A stretch of 64,000 nucleotides of DNA from Dehalococcoidia bacterium. Lineage in GTDB: Bacteria; Chloroflexota; Dehalococcoidia; Lucifugimonadales; UBA2985. Positions 8,346-17,562 of the stretch are shown here, in pieces. A model generated the notes under the pieces. The model did not search any database. It was not told where the DNA came from and saw nothing but the letters and a program-made list of their open reading frames with translations. Both the position numbers and the translations under genes were made by a program. Position 1 is the stretch's first letter, and each line of letters begins with the position of its first letter. The stretch covers positions 128,850-192,849 of the forward strand of contig CBDCTU010000004.1 of NCBI GenBank assembly GCA_965222415.1, in the 5' to 3' direction.

Positions 8346-10769
8346 TCACGCGACTGATATCGGGTCTACGTCCACGCTCCAGCCCGGCGGAATCTGCGTC
8401 TTCTCCAGCAGCGACCGGGGATCCTGGCCCCTGAGAATGATGTGCCAGCGATACCGCCCCCTCAGACGAGGAGGAAAGGCGGGAGCCGGCCCCAGGATGT
8501 CGGTGTCGGTGAGGCCCCACGAATCGCGTTGCCGCTTCAGAGTGTCTCCCATACGCGTCGCCTCCCGATGGCATATGGCCTGGCTTATGTCCGTGTACAC
8601 CAGACGAATAAGGCGCGCAAAGGGAGGCAATGCCTGCTCCCGGCGGTAGGTCATCTCGTCGTCGTAGAAGGCCGCGTAGTCCTGGGCGGAGGCGGTGGTT
8701 ACGGCGTAGTGGTGAGGCGAGTAGGTCTGAACTACGACCTGCCCTCCCAGGGGCCCCCTTCCCGTCCGGCCCGCCACCTGGCAGAGAAGCTGGAAGACCC
8801 TCTCTCCGGCGTGAAAGTCCGGGAGGAAGAGGCCAATATCGGCGCACAGCACACCCACCAGGGTCACGTTGGGAAAATGGAGCCCTTTTGCAATCATCTG
8901 GGTGCCCACCAGCACCTGTGCGTCGCCCCGCAGGAAGCTCTCCATTATCCTCTCGTGGGACCCCTTTGCCGAGGTGGAGTCTCTGTCCCACCGAAGCGAC
9001 TTGATATCGGGGTAGTCCTTCTGCAGCTCTTCGACCACGCGCTGCGTCCCCAGGCCCAGGTAGCGTATCTGGCGGCTTCGACACTTGGGGCACTGGCTTG
9101 GGGGGTTTCGGCGATAGTTGCACCGGTGGCAGAGGAGCTTGCCTGCCTGGGCGTGGTGTGTGAGTGTAAAGTCGCAGCGGCTGCACCGCATGACGTGTCC
9201 GCAGTCGCGACACTGGACCATGCTGCCGCTGCCCCTGCGATTGAGGTAGAGTATCACCTGCTCGCCTGCCTCGACAACCCGGCCTATGCCGCGGCTCAAA
9301 GCGCGGCTGAAGATGCTGCGGTTGCCCTCCTCAAGCTCCCGGCGCAGATCTATGACCTGTACCGAGGGTTGGGAGCCCGCGCCGCTGGAACGCGCGCCGG
9401 CCACGGCTGCTATGCGATCTGGCAGCTTGAGCAGACGGTATCGCCCGTTGACGGCGCGGGTATAGGTCACAACGTCCGGTGTAGCGGTGCCCAGGACGAC
9501 CACCGCGCCGGTCAGATCCGCCAGCTTCAGGGCCGCCTCCCGGGCGTGATAGCGAGGCGCGTCGTCCTGCTTGTAGGTGGGCTCGTGCTCCTCGTCGATG
9601 ACTATCAGCCCCAGGTCGGGTTGGGGCGCAAAGACGGCGCTGCGCGCGCCTATCGTTACCCCGTAATCGCCCTCCTTTACGCGCCACCACTGGTCGAAGC
9701 GCTCCCCCGCGGACAGGCCGCTGTGCTGAACAGCCACCTGGCCCGGAAACCTGCGGCTGAACCTGTCGATGGTCTGCGGGGTCAGGGACAGCTCCGGCGC
9801 CATCACGATTCCCCGCTTTCCCCTGCTCATGGCGTGGGCAAGGGCACGGAGATACACCTCCGTTTTTCCGCTGCCGGTGACGCCGTGGAGCAGGAAAACA
9901 TGGGAGGATGGGCCGTCTATGGCGCTCTCTATCGCGCTCACGCAACCTTGTTGATCTGGGGTGAGAACGGGCGGGTCGTCCGGCGGGAAGACTCTGCCTC
10001 TGAGCGGGTCGCGATCCAGGCGCACGTCCACGCGGCGCACCAAGTCCTTTGTCTCCAGCCCCCCAACGACGGACGCGCCGAACTCCCGGACGGCCGAGGC
10101 GCGGAGCACTGGCCCGTCCTGCTCTTCCATGTAGCCAAGGAAGGAGGCCTGCCTGGGAGACAGGCGATTCAGTGTGGCTTCCCTCCCATCCGCGTCTGCC
10201 AAAGGCGCAAGCTCCAGGTGTATGGCGTATCTGGGCCGCACCGTTGGGTTACGCCACTCCGAGGACACCTGTATAAAGCCCCGCCGCGCCAGTGAGACCA
10301 GAGCGGAGTCTATCCTGGGCCCCAGTGCTCTCAGCAAAGCCCCTCGTTCCACTCTTGTCCTGGAAGCCAGGTAGTCCATAACCCGACGCTGAGGCGGAGA
10401 CAGCCTTTGCCCGGATGTGCGTTGCGTCAGGGAATAGTAGCTGAGACTGCGCTCTCGTATGCCCGGCGGCATCATCAGTGCGGCGCATTCAAAAAGGGGC
10501 GCCATGTAGTAGTCGCTGATCCAGCGGGCCAGGGCCAGGTGATCGGGAGACAGAATGGGCTGGTCGCGGGATGTGCTTGTTACATCTCTGGTCTCAGGTA
10601 CGGGAGACTCGTTGCTTAGCCCGAAAACCACTCCGGGCAGAACGCGAGGGCCGAAGGGAACTTGCACCAAGTGGCCCGGGGAGATGGTCAACCCGGTGGG
10701 AATTGAGTACGTGAAGGTGCGGTCGTACCCCGTGGGGGCGTCTACGGCCACCTCGGCGTACTTCATCAT
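8346..10769 (-). CDS. priA: primosomal protein N' (replication restart helicase PriA)
   Basis: 807 aa with N-terminal MKYAEVAVDAPTG..FTYSIP, Walker A GVTGSGKTEVY, DEEHE, and the Cys-rich zinc insert CRDCGHVMRCSRCD...CHRC...CPKC. Confidence 0.95.
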   Translation of the reverse strand: MMKYAEVAVDAPTGYDRTFTYSIPTGLTISPGHLVQVPFGPRVLPGVVFGLSNESPVPETRDVTSTSRDQPILSPDHLALARWISDYYMAPLFECAALMMPPGIRERSLSYYSLTQRTSGQRLSPPQRRVMDYLASRTRVERGALLRALGPRIDSALVSLARRGFIQVSSEWRNPTVRPRYAIHLELAPLADADGREATLNRLSPRQASFLGYMEEQDGPVLRASAVREFGASVVGGLETKDLVRRVDVRLDRDPLRGRVFPPDDPPVLTPDQQGCVSAIESAIDGPSSHVFLLHGVTGSGKTEVYLRALAHAMSRGKRGIVMAPELSLTPQTIDRFSRRFPGQVAVQHSGLSAGERFDQWWRVKEGDYGVTIGARSAVFAPQPDLGLIVIDEEHEPTYKQDDAPRYHAREAALKLADLTGAVVVLGTATPDVVTYTRAVNGRYRLLKLPDRIAAVAGARSSGAGSQPSVQVIDLRRELEEGNRSIFSRALSRGIGRVVEAGEQVILYLNRRGSGSMVQCRDCGHVMRCSRCDFTLTHHAQAGKLLCHRCNYRRNPPSQCPKCRSRQIRYLGLGTQRVVEELQKDYPDIKSLRWDRDSTSAKGSHERIMESFLRGDAQVLVGTQMIAKGLHFPNVTLVGVLCADIGLFLPDFHAGERVFQLLCQVAGRTGRGPLGGQVVVQTYSPHHYAVTTASAQDYAAFYDDEMTYRREQALPPFARLIRLVYTDISQAICHREATRMGDTLKRQRDSWGLTDTDILGPAPAFPPRLRGRYRWHIILRGQDPRSLLEKTQIPPGWSVDVDPISVA

Positions 10770-10824
10770 CTTACGAGAGGGTTATGCTGGGTATGCCAGG
10801 CCGGAGGGAAATCGGAAGCTGGCC

Positions 10825-11238
10825 CTACTCCCTGGAGCGGCTTCTGTCTTCCTTGATCCGGGCGGCTCGGCCGTGGAGTCCTCGGAGGTAGTACAGTCGG
10901 GCGCGGCGAACGAGGCCCCGGCGCATCACTTCTACGGAGTCCACCACAGGAGAGTAGTAGGCGAAGGTGCGCTCGACGCCTATGCCGTGGGAGACGCGGC
11001 GCACGGTGAACGTGGACCCCGGCCCGCCGCCTCGCTTGCGGATTACCGCTCCCTGGAACGCCTGGAGCCGCTCTCGGTCTCCTTCCCTTACTCGGATGGT
11101 GACCTTAACGGTGTCTCCCGGACGGAACTCCTGTATTTTGGGGTTTTCCACAAGGGGGACGATTGCGTCTACATCCATGATAACGTCCTTCTGCGATTGC
11201 GCTGTCTCTATAATGTCTTGAAGAAATTCGTCTGACAT
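10825..11238 (-). CDS. rplS: 50S ribosomal protein L19
   Basis: [33 protein letters not shown]...[10 protein letters not shown] prefer the ATG at 11238 (MSDEF...). The track ORF extends to 11265. Confidence 0.9.
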   Translation of the reverse strand: MSDEFLQDIIETAQSQKDVIMDVDAIVPLVENPKIQEFRPGDTVKVTIRVREGDRERLQAFQGAVIRKRGGGPGSTFTVRRVSHGIGVERTFAYYSPVVDSVEVMRRGLVRRARLYYLRGLHGRAARIKEDRSRSRE

Positions 11239-11314
11239 TGTATATGCCACGCCCCGGAAGAGCAAGCCAATTGAGGGCGAATTCGGAGCATCCCGCCGTT
11301 TTTCCGGTTATGCC

Positions 11315-12571
11315 CTATGACTGAGGGCTCAGGGTGCGCACCTGACGGATAGATAAACCCATCACTATGGCAAAGAAGATGACCGCAGTGCCTCCTATCG
11401 CCACCGCAAGGGGCGCGCTGGTATATTCGGCGATGGCGCCGGCCTGCATAGCGCCCACCGGCAGGAGGCTCCACGTCATTCCGTAGATGCCCATAACCCG
11501 GCCTCGCAGCTCGTTTGGGACCATCAGCTGCAAGGTGCTCATAATAGTGATCATGTATATGGACGTGCTCACCCCTGCGGAGAATATGAAGACCAGGCTA
11601 AGGGGAAAGAATTTGAAGAGCGAGCCTGTGACTGCGAAGAGTATCAGGAACGTGCCGAACAGCACTGCGCCGCCAAGTATCAGCCAGCCCTTACGTTGGA
11701 AATTGCCAAGGGACGCCGTTATGAGCGTGCCCAGCAGTGCGCCCGCGCCCGAGGCCGCGTGCAGTACTCCCAGGCCGAGTTCGCCCACATTGAAGATGTC
11801 CCTGGCAAAGACGGGAAGTATGAAGATGTAGGACATCCCGAATATGCTGTTGAAGAATGTCATACTGATCAGAAAGGCAAAGATTGTGTTGGTGCGCACG
11901 AAGTTGATGCCCTGGGCCATGTCATGGAAGAAAGAGGCGCCCTCGGCCCGCTGAATTGGGGGCAGTCTCAGGGTGGCGATCATCACAGCCATTATCAGGA
12001 ATCCCAGGAAAGGGGCAAAGAAGCCCGGCGCAACCCCCAACCGCGTCCCGATGATGACCCCGCCAATGGCCGGCCCGATTACCCGCGTGCCCTGCCACAC
12101 CATAGAGTTGAGGGCTACGGCGTTCAGCATGTCCTCGCGGTCGATGAGATGGGGAAAGAGCGACTGACGTGTGGGGGTGTCAAAGGCCTGTACGGAACCG
12201 ATGAGAAAGGCGCTGGTTATGATATGCCAGGGTTCCACCAGCCCCGTCAGGGTGAGGATTGCCAGAGCAAGCATGACCATGCTTGAGGTCGTCTGAGTGG
12301 CTATCAGCAGGCGGCGCTGGTTCACCTTGTCGGCGATCACGCCGCCGAACAGGTTCAGCGCTATTGCAGGCAATCCCGCAGCCAGTCCCACTAATCCCAG
12401 GGCGATCTTGGAATCCGTCAGGATATATATCAGCCATCCCTGGGCAACGGTCATGATCTGAAAGCCAAGGACTGAGGCGACCATGCCAATCCAGAAGCGG
12501 CGGAAGCTCGAATGCCTGAGAGCCGTGAACATTTGAAGGCGCGGGCGGCGCTGAGTCCCGGCGGTCTGCAT
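11315..12571 (-). CDS. MFS transporter (paralog of 22424..23677)
   Basis: 418 aa with about 12 predicted TM segments. The N-terminal FRRFWIGMVASVLGFQ pattern is shared with the second MFS gene. Confidence 0.85.
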   Translation of the reverse strand: MQTAGTQRRPRLQMFTALRHSSFRRFWIGMVASVLGFQIMTVAQGWLIYILTDSKIALGLVGLAAGLPAIALNLFGGVIADKVNQRRLLIATQTTSSMVMLALAILTLTGLVEPWHIITSAFLIGSVQAFDTPTRQSLFPHLIDREDMLNAVALNSMVWQGTRVIGPAIGGVIIGTRLGVAPGFFAPFLGFLIMAVMIATLRLPPIQRAEGASFFHDMAQGINFVRTNTIFAFLISMTFFNSIFGMSYIFILPVFARDIFNVGELGLGVLHAASGAGALLGTLITASLGNFQRKGWLILGGAVLFGTFLILFAVTGSLFKFFPLSLVFIFSAGVSTSIYMITIMSTLQLMVPNELRGRVMGIYGMTWSLLPVGAMQAGAIAEYTSAPLAVAIGGTAVIFFAIVMGLSIRQVRTLSPQS

Positions 12572-12740
12572 ACTAAGCTCGCTTCCTATCCAGAGCCGTC
12601 AAAGGAGGTTCAGACGGCGGTTATGGCTATTCCTCTGTGAGTATCCCCGATTTTGGCGCTTTTGCCAAGTCGTTGCTCGTACGGGGGGCATGAGACGGTA
12701 GCTTATGGTTGCAGATGGTCTACGGTAATTGGGCGTGCCC

Positions 12741-12771
12741 CAAAAGAGCGCCGCCCCTCTTGAGGGGCGGC
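12741..12771 (-). terminator. rho-independent terminator after the ACIII operon
   Basis: 9-bp stem gccgcccct/aggggcggc (12750-12758/12763-12771), followed on the minus strand by CTCTTTTGGGG. Confidence 0.6.
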
Positions 12772-12822
12772 ATATGAGACAATACTAGGCAGTCGAGTCT
12801 GTTTCGCTTCAGGCAGCCTCTG

Positions 12823-13446
12823 CTACTGGCTCTGAAGACCCCTGACGTAGTGGACCAGCGTCCACCGCTCATTCTCTGTTAGGAGCTTCCGGAAGACCGG
12901 CATGGAGATGGTGTTGCCGACGATGTTGGAGTCCTGGCCTGCCTGAGCTAGCGCAAGCTTGGTGGGTCCCCCCTCAGAGATTAGGCCGAACAGCGTCTCG
13001 TCGTCCCTCTCCATTGTCGTTGTAGCCGTTAGGTCAGTAGGCGCGACAGCGTTCCATTTCAGGAGGAAGTTGTTCATAGTGCCGTCGCCCTTACCGGCGG
13101 TCCCGTGGCACACTGCGCAGTTGACGCCGTACAGCTTCTGGCCGAGAGCAGCGCTGTCGGCTGTGCTCTCCATAGCCATCATCTGATGAACGGCGAGAGA
13201 TCCTTCACCGACAGGCTGGAATGGCATTGAGCCCTCCGGCGGGTAGAGACGGGGCGGCTCCTGGGAGCGGTACATCTGGGAGTAGTGCATCTCCCCGAAT
13301 ATCTCCACCTGGTAGGTTCCCCTGCCCCACGGCAGGCAGCCAATGGCGGCAACAGCCAGCAACAGGGCGGCCATCACAAGCCCCGGCATGGGCCTTTTCC
13401 AAGCGGAGCGCGCCTTCCCACTCTGACGAATTATCACGGCATCCAA
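12823..13446 (-). CDS. actE: monoheme cytochrome c, ActE-like subunit
   Basis: Single CAVCHG heme motif and an N-terminal membrane anchor or lipobox-like AAIGC. An alternative ATG start lies at 13389. Confidence 0.7.
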   Translation of the reverse strand: MDAVIIRQSGKARSAWKRPMPGLVMAALLLAVAAIGCLPWGRGTYQVEIFGEMHYSQMYRSQEPPRLYPPEGSMPFQPVGEGSLAVHQMMAMESTADSAALGQKLYGVNCAVCHGTAGKGDGTMNNFLLKWNAVAPTDLTATTTMERDDETLFGLISEGGPTKLALAQAGQDSNIVGNTISMPVFRKLLTENERWTLVHYVRGLQSQ

Positions 13447-13964
13447 AACGGCTTACCTCGCTCGTGGATTACGTCCACCGCGTTGCCCCGGCGCAGGGCC
13501 TGGTCAACGGTGTCCAGCCTCTCTTCGGGACACGTAACGAGCAGTCCAATGTACCCTTCCGTGATACGCGGGTCGTACGGGTCCAACCTGGGCCTGGGCA
13601 GACGGGACTCGAAGATGATGCCCAGTATGGTGAACAAGACCGCGCCAAGAAGGGTCGCTTCGTAGGATATGATTGTCATTGCGGGAATGGCCAGGATGGG
13701 CTTGCCGCCCGTCACCAGGGGATAGGCTAGCTGGGTCCCGGCCGTGAGAAGTACGGCCACCGTGAGGCCCATCAAAGCGCCCACAATGGGAAAGACGTAG
13801 ACGTGGTGAGCCGGGGTTTTCTCCCCAAACGCTCCTTCCGGATAGGGGCTGCCGGTGAGGACATCGTAGTCCTCCTGGGAGCAGCCGGCCTCCAAGAGTA
13901 CGTCGGTGGCGTCTGCCGCCGTGGCCGCGTCGCTGAAAAGACCTAGTATGTTTTTATTGGCCAT
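13434..13964 (-). CDS. actD: ActD-like (DUF3341) membrane subunit
   Basis: 176 aa with a soluble N-terminal domain (MANKNILGLFSDAATAADA...) and two TM helices. GGAGG RBS present. Confidence 0.7.
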   Translation of the reverse strand: MANKNILGLFSDAATAADATDVLLEAGCSQEDYDVLTGSPYPEGAFGEKTPAHHVYVFPIVGALMGLTVAVLLTAGTQLAYPLVTGGKPILAIPAMTIISYEATLLGAVLFTILGIIFESRLPRPRLDPYDPRITEGYIGLLVTCPEERLDTVDQALRRGNAVDVIHERGKPFWMP

Positions 13965-13982
13965 AAAGGACCTCCAGTGGGT

Positions 13983-15359
13983 TTAATCCTCCCGCATAAC
14001 GGCAGGAACTGTTACCTTTCCGATTTGAATTGAGTCCTCCAGGACTACGCCCTCTTTGGTGTCCCCTATAGGGATGAGGGGGAATAGCTTGGCGAACAGC
14101 AGTACCAGCATTGACACCAGCGCAAAGGTAGCGCCGATGATGATGACCTCCACCGCGCTGGGAGTGTAGCCTCCCCAGGTGAAGCTGAAATTCTGCTTCC
14201 TTGCCAGGCCTGGCACTATGATGATGAACCGCTCAAGCCACATACCGACATTGACCAGGACGGTGGTAAACAGCATCCACTTTATGCTGCGGCGCACCTT
14301 CTTAAAGAGCCACAATGGCACTGGGATGAAGTAGGACGCGAAAAGGAAAGTAATGAAGAAGGCCGACCAGGGCAAGTGGAATACCTGCATCTCTCGCAGC
14401 GCAATCTCCGGGGCCTCAAGGCTGTACAGTCCGAAGAAGAACTCCAGCAGGAAGAAGAAAAACCAGGTGGTTGCCACCACAATCAGCAGCTTGGCCAAGG
14501 CGTCCAGGTGCTCGTAGCGGATGTAGTCCTGCCACTTGAAGATGTACCGGAGCACGATCATCACGGTCACCACTCCAGACACTCCTGAGTGGACCGCCCC
14601 GATGACGAAGTAAGGGGCGAAGACTGTGCTATGCCATCCCTCCACCGCCAGGGCCATGCCGAAGTCCCAGGACACAATGCTGTGAACCGAAACGAAGATG
14701 GGCAGTATGATGGCTGAGAGAAGTATGCCGGCGATGAGCTGCAACTTCCACTGCCGAACGCTACCCCTCCAACCCAGCGCCAGGATTGAGTACAGGATGT
14801 GACGCCAACCGGTGGTCCTGTCTCTGGCTACAGCTATGTCCGGCACCAGCGCTATGTAGACGAAGAGTATGCTGCTGGTGAGGTAAGTGAACACCGCTGC
14901 GGGGTCCCACACTAGCGCGGAGCGGATGTTGGGGTACACTCCCCGGGCCCAGTCGAATGGGAACACCCAGTAGAAGACTCGCCAGGGTCTGCCGGCGTGG
15001 ATCAGGGGCATCATCATCGCGGTCATCAGCGAGAAGACCGTCAGCACCTCAGCGGCCCTGGTCGCGGGACGTCGCCACTCGGCCTGCACCAGTCGGAGGA
15101 TGGCCGAAAGCATAACACCCGCGTGGCTGATACCGATCCAGAACACGAAGTTGGTGATGAAGAACCCCCACATAACGGGTCGGTTCAGGCCAGTCACGCC
15201 CAATCCCCTGTTGAACATATAGCCGGCGGCGCCAAAGGCAACCAAGACTATCGTGGCCAGGAAGCCCACCACCAGCCAGTACCACAGAGGGTTCTCCATT
15301 ATGGAACGGAGAAGGTCACGGTTAATCTCGGCGTCTGTGAGCTTAACTCTTTCCTGCAT
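13983..15359 (-). CDS. actF: NrfD/PsrC-like polytopic membrane subunit (second copy, ActF-like)
   Basis: 458 aa, highly hydrophobic, and a paralog of the adjacent ActC-like ORF. Confidence 0.75.
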   Translation of the reverse strand: MQERVKLTDAEINRDLLRSIMENPLWYWLVVGFLATIVLVAFGAAGYMFNRGLGVTGLNRPVMWGFFITNFVFWIGISHAGVMLSAILRLVQAEWRRPATRAAEVLTVFSLMTAMMMPLIHAGRPWRVFYWVFPFDWARGVYPNIRSALVWDPAAVFTYLTSSILFVYIALVPDIAVARDRTTGWRHILYSILALGWRGSVRQWKLQLIAGILLSAIILPIFVSVHSIVSWDFGMALAVEGWHSTVFAPYFVIGAVHSGVSGVVTVMIVLRYIFKWQDYIRYEHLDALAKLLIVVATTWFFFFLLEFFFGLYSLEAPEIALREMQVFHLPWSAFFITFLFASYFIPVPLWLFKKVRRSIKWMLFTTVLVNVGMWLERFIIIVPGLARKQNFSFTWGGYTPSAVEVIIIGATFALVSMLVLLFAKLFPLIPIGDTKEGVVLEDSIQIGKVTVPAVMRED

Positions 15360-15410
15360 CCTTTAATCTCCTAGTCTCTCTTTGGCCATATCGTTCGGGA
15401 TTTGCTATCC

Positions 15411-16790
15411 CTACTCCGGCTTGGCCAACACCCTGACCTCGGTTTTCAGAAATCTGCGCATCCGCTGAAGTAACAGGCCTTCCTTCAACTCCCAAATCGA
15501 GGTTATAGGGAATATGCGAGTGGCCAGCATATAGAACAGGACTGCCCCTCCCAACGCTCCGGCTACTACGAGCACGTCAGTCAATCCCGGCAAGTTTGCC
15601 GGCGGGACGTTCTCCAAGGCGTGTAGCGTGGGGTCTTCGATGGAGAAGGCGGGAACGTACAGTCGAATCATATTGAAGAACGTCCCTGTGAGAACGACGA
15701 TTCCTGCGAGGGCCGGTCCCCAAGTGGTCTTGCGGACCACGTTCCACATGAGAATGAGGAAGGGCAAGAGAGAGCTCAAAAGGAACGCAACTACAAAGGC
15801 CGGCTTGTAGCTCTCGAACATGAGAAGCTTAAGCACGCCCTGCTCTGCCGGTGTGCGTCCGTACCAGTAGGTAAAGAAGCTGGACCACCAGAAGTAGAAC
15901 CACAGCAGAGAAAGGGCAAGCAGCAGCTTGCTCAGGCCCCAGAACTGGTCCACTTCAAGGTAGCTTCTCAGCCCGCCTGACTTCCGAAGGATGAACATGG
16001 TCACCAGTACTACCGCTACTCCGGACTGAAGCCCGCTCAGGGCGTGATGGGCCGGATAGATGGCGTCCTTCCAGCCAGGCACCAAGCTCATGGAGAAGTC
16101 GACGCTTATCATCATGTGCACGAAGATGAGGAACATAAAATAGAACCCGCCCAGTGTGCCTATGCCGGCGTGCAGCATCTTCCACTGCTTGCGAGTGCCC
16201 GCCCAGCTCAGAGCCAGCTTTCGATAGAGGCCCTGGCGTTTGCTGGAGTTATCTCTAAGAGTTGCCAAGTCCGGTAAGGAGGCGAAGTACAGCAGTGCAA
16301 GGCCGTTAATCACCAGAAGACCCATTGCAATGGTGTCCCAGACGTGCGGGCTGTAGCCGGGCGCCTCGAACCACAAGCTCCTCCGCCCGTCAATGGGGGG
16401 AAGGACCCACAGCAGGGGTATCATCATGATAAATGCGAACACGCCCACCGCGGCGAACATTTCGGATATCCTTGCCAGAGGCCTCCGCCAGTGGGCCTTG
16501 ACCATTCTCAAAGCCACTGACACCAGCACAGCCGACTGGGATACTGAGAATATGTAGGCGAAGATGGCCGCGTAGTAGGCCCACGCTCCACGGTCCTCAA
16601 AGCCCTCGCCGAGCAGCATCAAGAACCCTATCGCTCCCAGAGCCAGAAGGCCGGCCGCTCCGGCTGCTACCAGCCAGAACTTCTTGCCCGCCGACATGTG
16701 CCTGTTCAGGACGTCGTCGGTTATCCCCTGAGGCGTCATGCTCAGGAGTGCCGGCGCCGGCATGTGGTGGAGCTCATGCATGGCCGTCAC
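15411..16790 (-). CDS. actC: NrfD/PsrC-like quinol-interacting membrane subunit (ActC-like)
   Basis: 459 aa polytopic membrane protein directly downstream of the FeS subunit. GTG start overlaps the actB2 stop. Confidence 0.75.
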   Translation of the reverse strand: MTAMHELHHMPAPALLSMTPQGITDDVLNRHMSAGKKFWLVAAGAAGLLALGAIGFLMLLGEGFEDRGAWAYYAAIFAYIFSVSQSAVLVSVALRMVKAHWRRPLARISEMFAAVGVFAFIMMIPLLWVLPPIDGRRSLWFEAPGYSPHVWDTIAMGLLVINGLALLYFASLPDLATLRDNSSKRQGLYRKLALSWAGTRKQWKMLHAGIGTLGGFYFMFLIFVHMMISVDFSMSLVPGWKDAIYPAHHALSGLQSGVAVVLVTMFILRKSGGLRSYLEVDQFWGLSKLLLALSLLWFYFWWSSFFTYWYGRTPAEQGVLKLLMFESYKPAFVVAFLLSSLLPFLILMWNVVRKTTWGPALAGIVVLTGTFFNMIRLYVPAFSIEDPTLHALENVPPANLPGLTDVLVVAGALGGAVLFYMLATRIFPITSIWELKEGLLLQRMRRFLKTEVRVLAKPE

Positions 16791-17541
16791 CCGCCGTTTC
16801 AGCGTACATATCCACCTTGCTCAGGTAGATCACGTTAGGCTCCGTACCAAGGTCCTCCAAGAGCTTGTAGCCCCTGCCGCCTTCGTGCAGGTGCTCGCTC
16901 TTCATCCTGGAGACACTGCTGTCGGGGTCGTTGAAATCGCCAAACACGAGCGTATCCGTGGGACACGCCTGAACGCAGGCCGGGAGGTAGTTGCCCATCT
17001 TCATGTCCTCGTCCGTTATCCTGCCTCCCTGCTGACCTTCGATGATGCGCTCCGCCCTCCGCAGGCGCTGCACGTTGAAGCTGCACTTCTCCATGATGCC
17101 GCGGCTGCGAACCGTGACGTCCGGGTTCAGCTGGTTCCTCAGGGATTCCGGCCAGACTGGCTCCCAGAAGTTGAAGAATCGCACCTGGTATGGGCAGTTG
17201 TTGGCGCAGTAGCGAGTGCCCACGCAGCGGTTGTATATCTGTACGTTCATTCCCTGGTTGTTGTGATAGGTGGCGTACACGGGGCACACGGGCTCGCAGG
17301 GGGCGTTCTCGCAGTGCTGGCACAGAATAGGTATGAATCTGGCCTTTACATCGGGGAACTCGCCCTCCCAGTACCGCTCTACGTGGATCCACTGGATGGC
17401 GCGGCGCTGGCGGAATAGCTCCTCGGTGTTCAGGGGTATGTTGTTCTCAGCCTGGCACGCCACTACGCACGCCTGGCACCCGATGCACCGGTCTACGTCC
17501 ACCACCATGCCCCATTTGTGATCTATGCGATTCTGGACCAT
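16774..17541 (-). CDS. actB2: 4Fe-4S ferredoxin-type subunit (ActB2-like)
   Basis: Several Cys clusters, for example CIGCQACVVACQAENN and CQHCENAPCEPVCP. Confidence 0.85.
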   Translation of the reverse strand: MVQNRIDHKWGMVVDVDRCIGCQACVVACQAENNIPLNTEELFRQRRAIQWIHVERYWEGEFPDVKARFIPILCQHCENAPCEPVCPVYATYHNNQGMNVQIYNRCVGTRYCANNCPYQVRFFNFWEPVWPESLRNQLNPDVTVRSRGIMEKCSFNVQRLRRAERIIEGQQGGRITDEDMKMGNYLPACVQACPTDTLVFGDFNDPDSSVSRMKSEHLHEGGRGYKLLEDLGTEPNVIYLSKVDMYAETAGDGHA

Positions 17542-17562
17542 GCTTCTCCTAACCCAGTCTAC

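Noticed and set aside
8442-10295. 617-aa plus-strand ORF (and similar long antisense ORFs at 3152..4534, 19276..20481, 18208..19170, 31780..32787, 47402..48331, 59115..60248)
   Set aside because: Each lies opposite a strongly supported gene (priA, nrdJ, actA/actB1, nuoG-like, the DUF4349 gene, hisG). Their Arg/Gly/Pro/His-rich composition is typical of GC-rich shadow frames.
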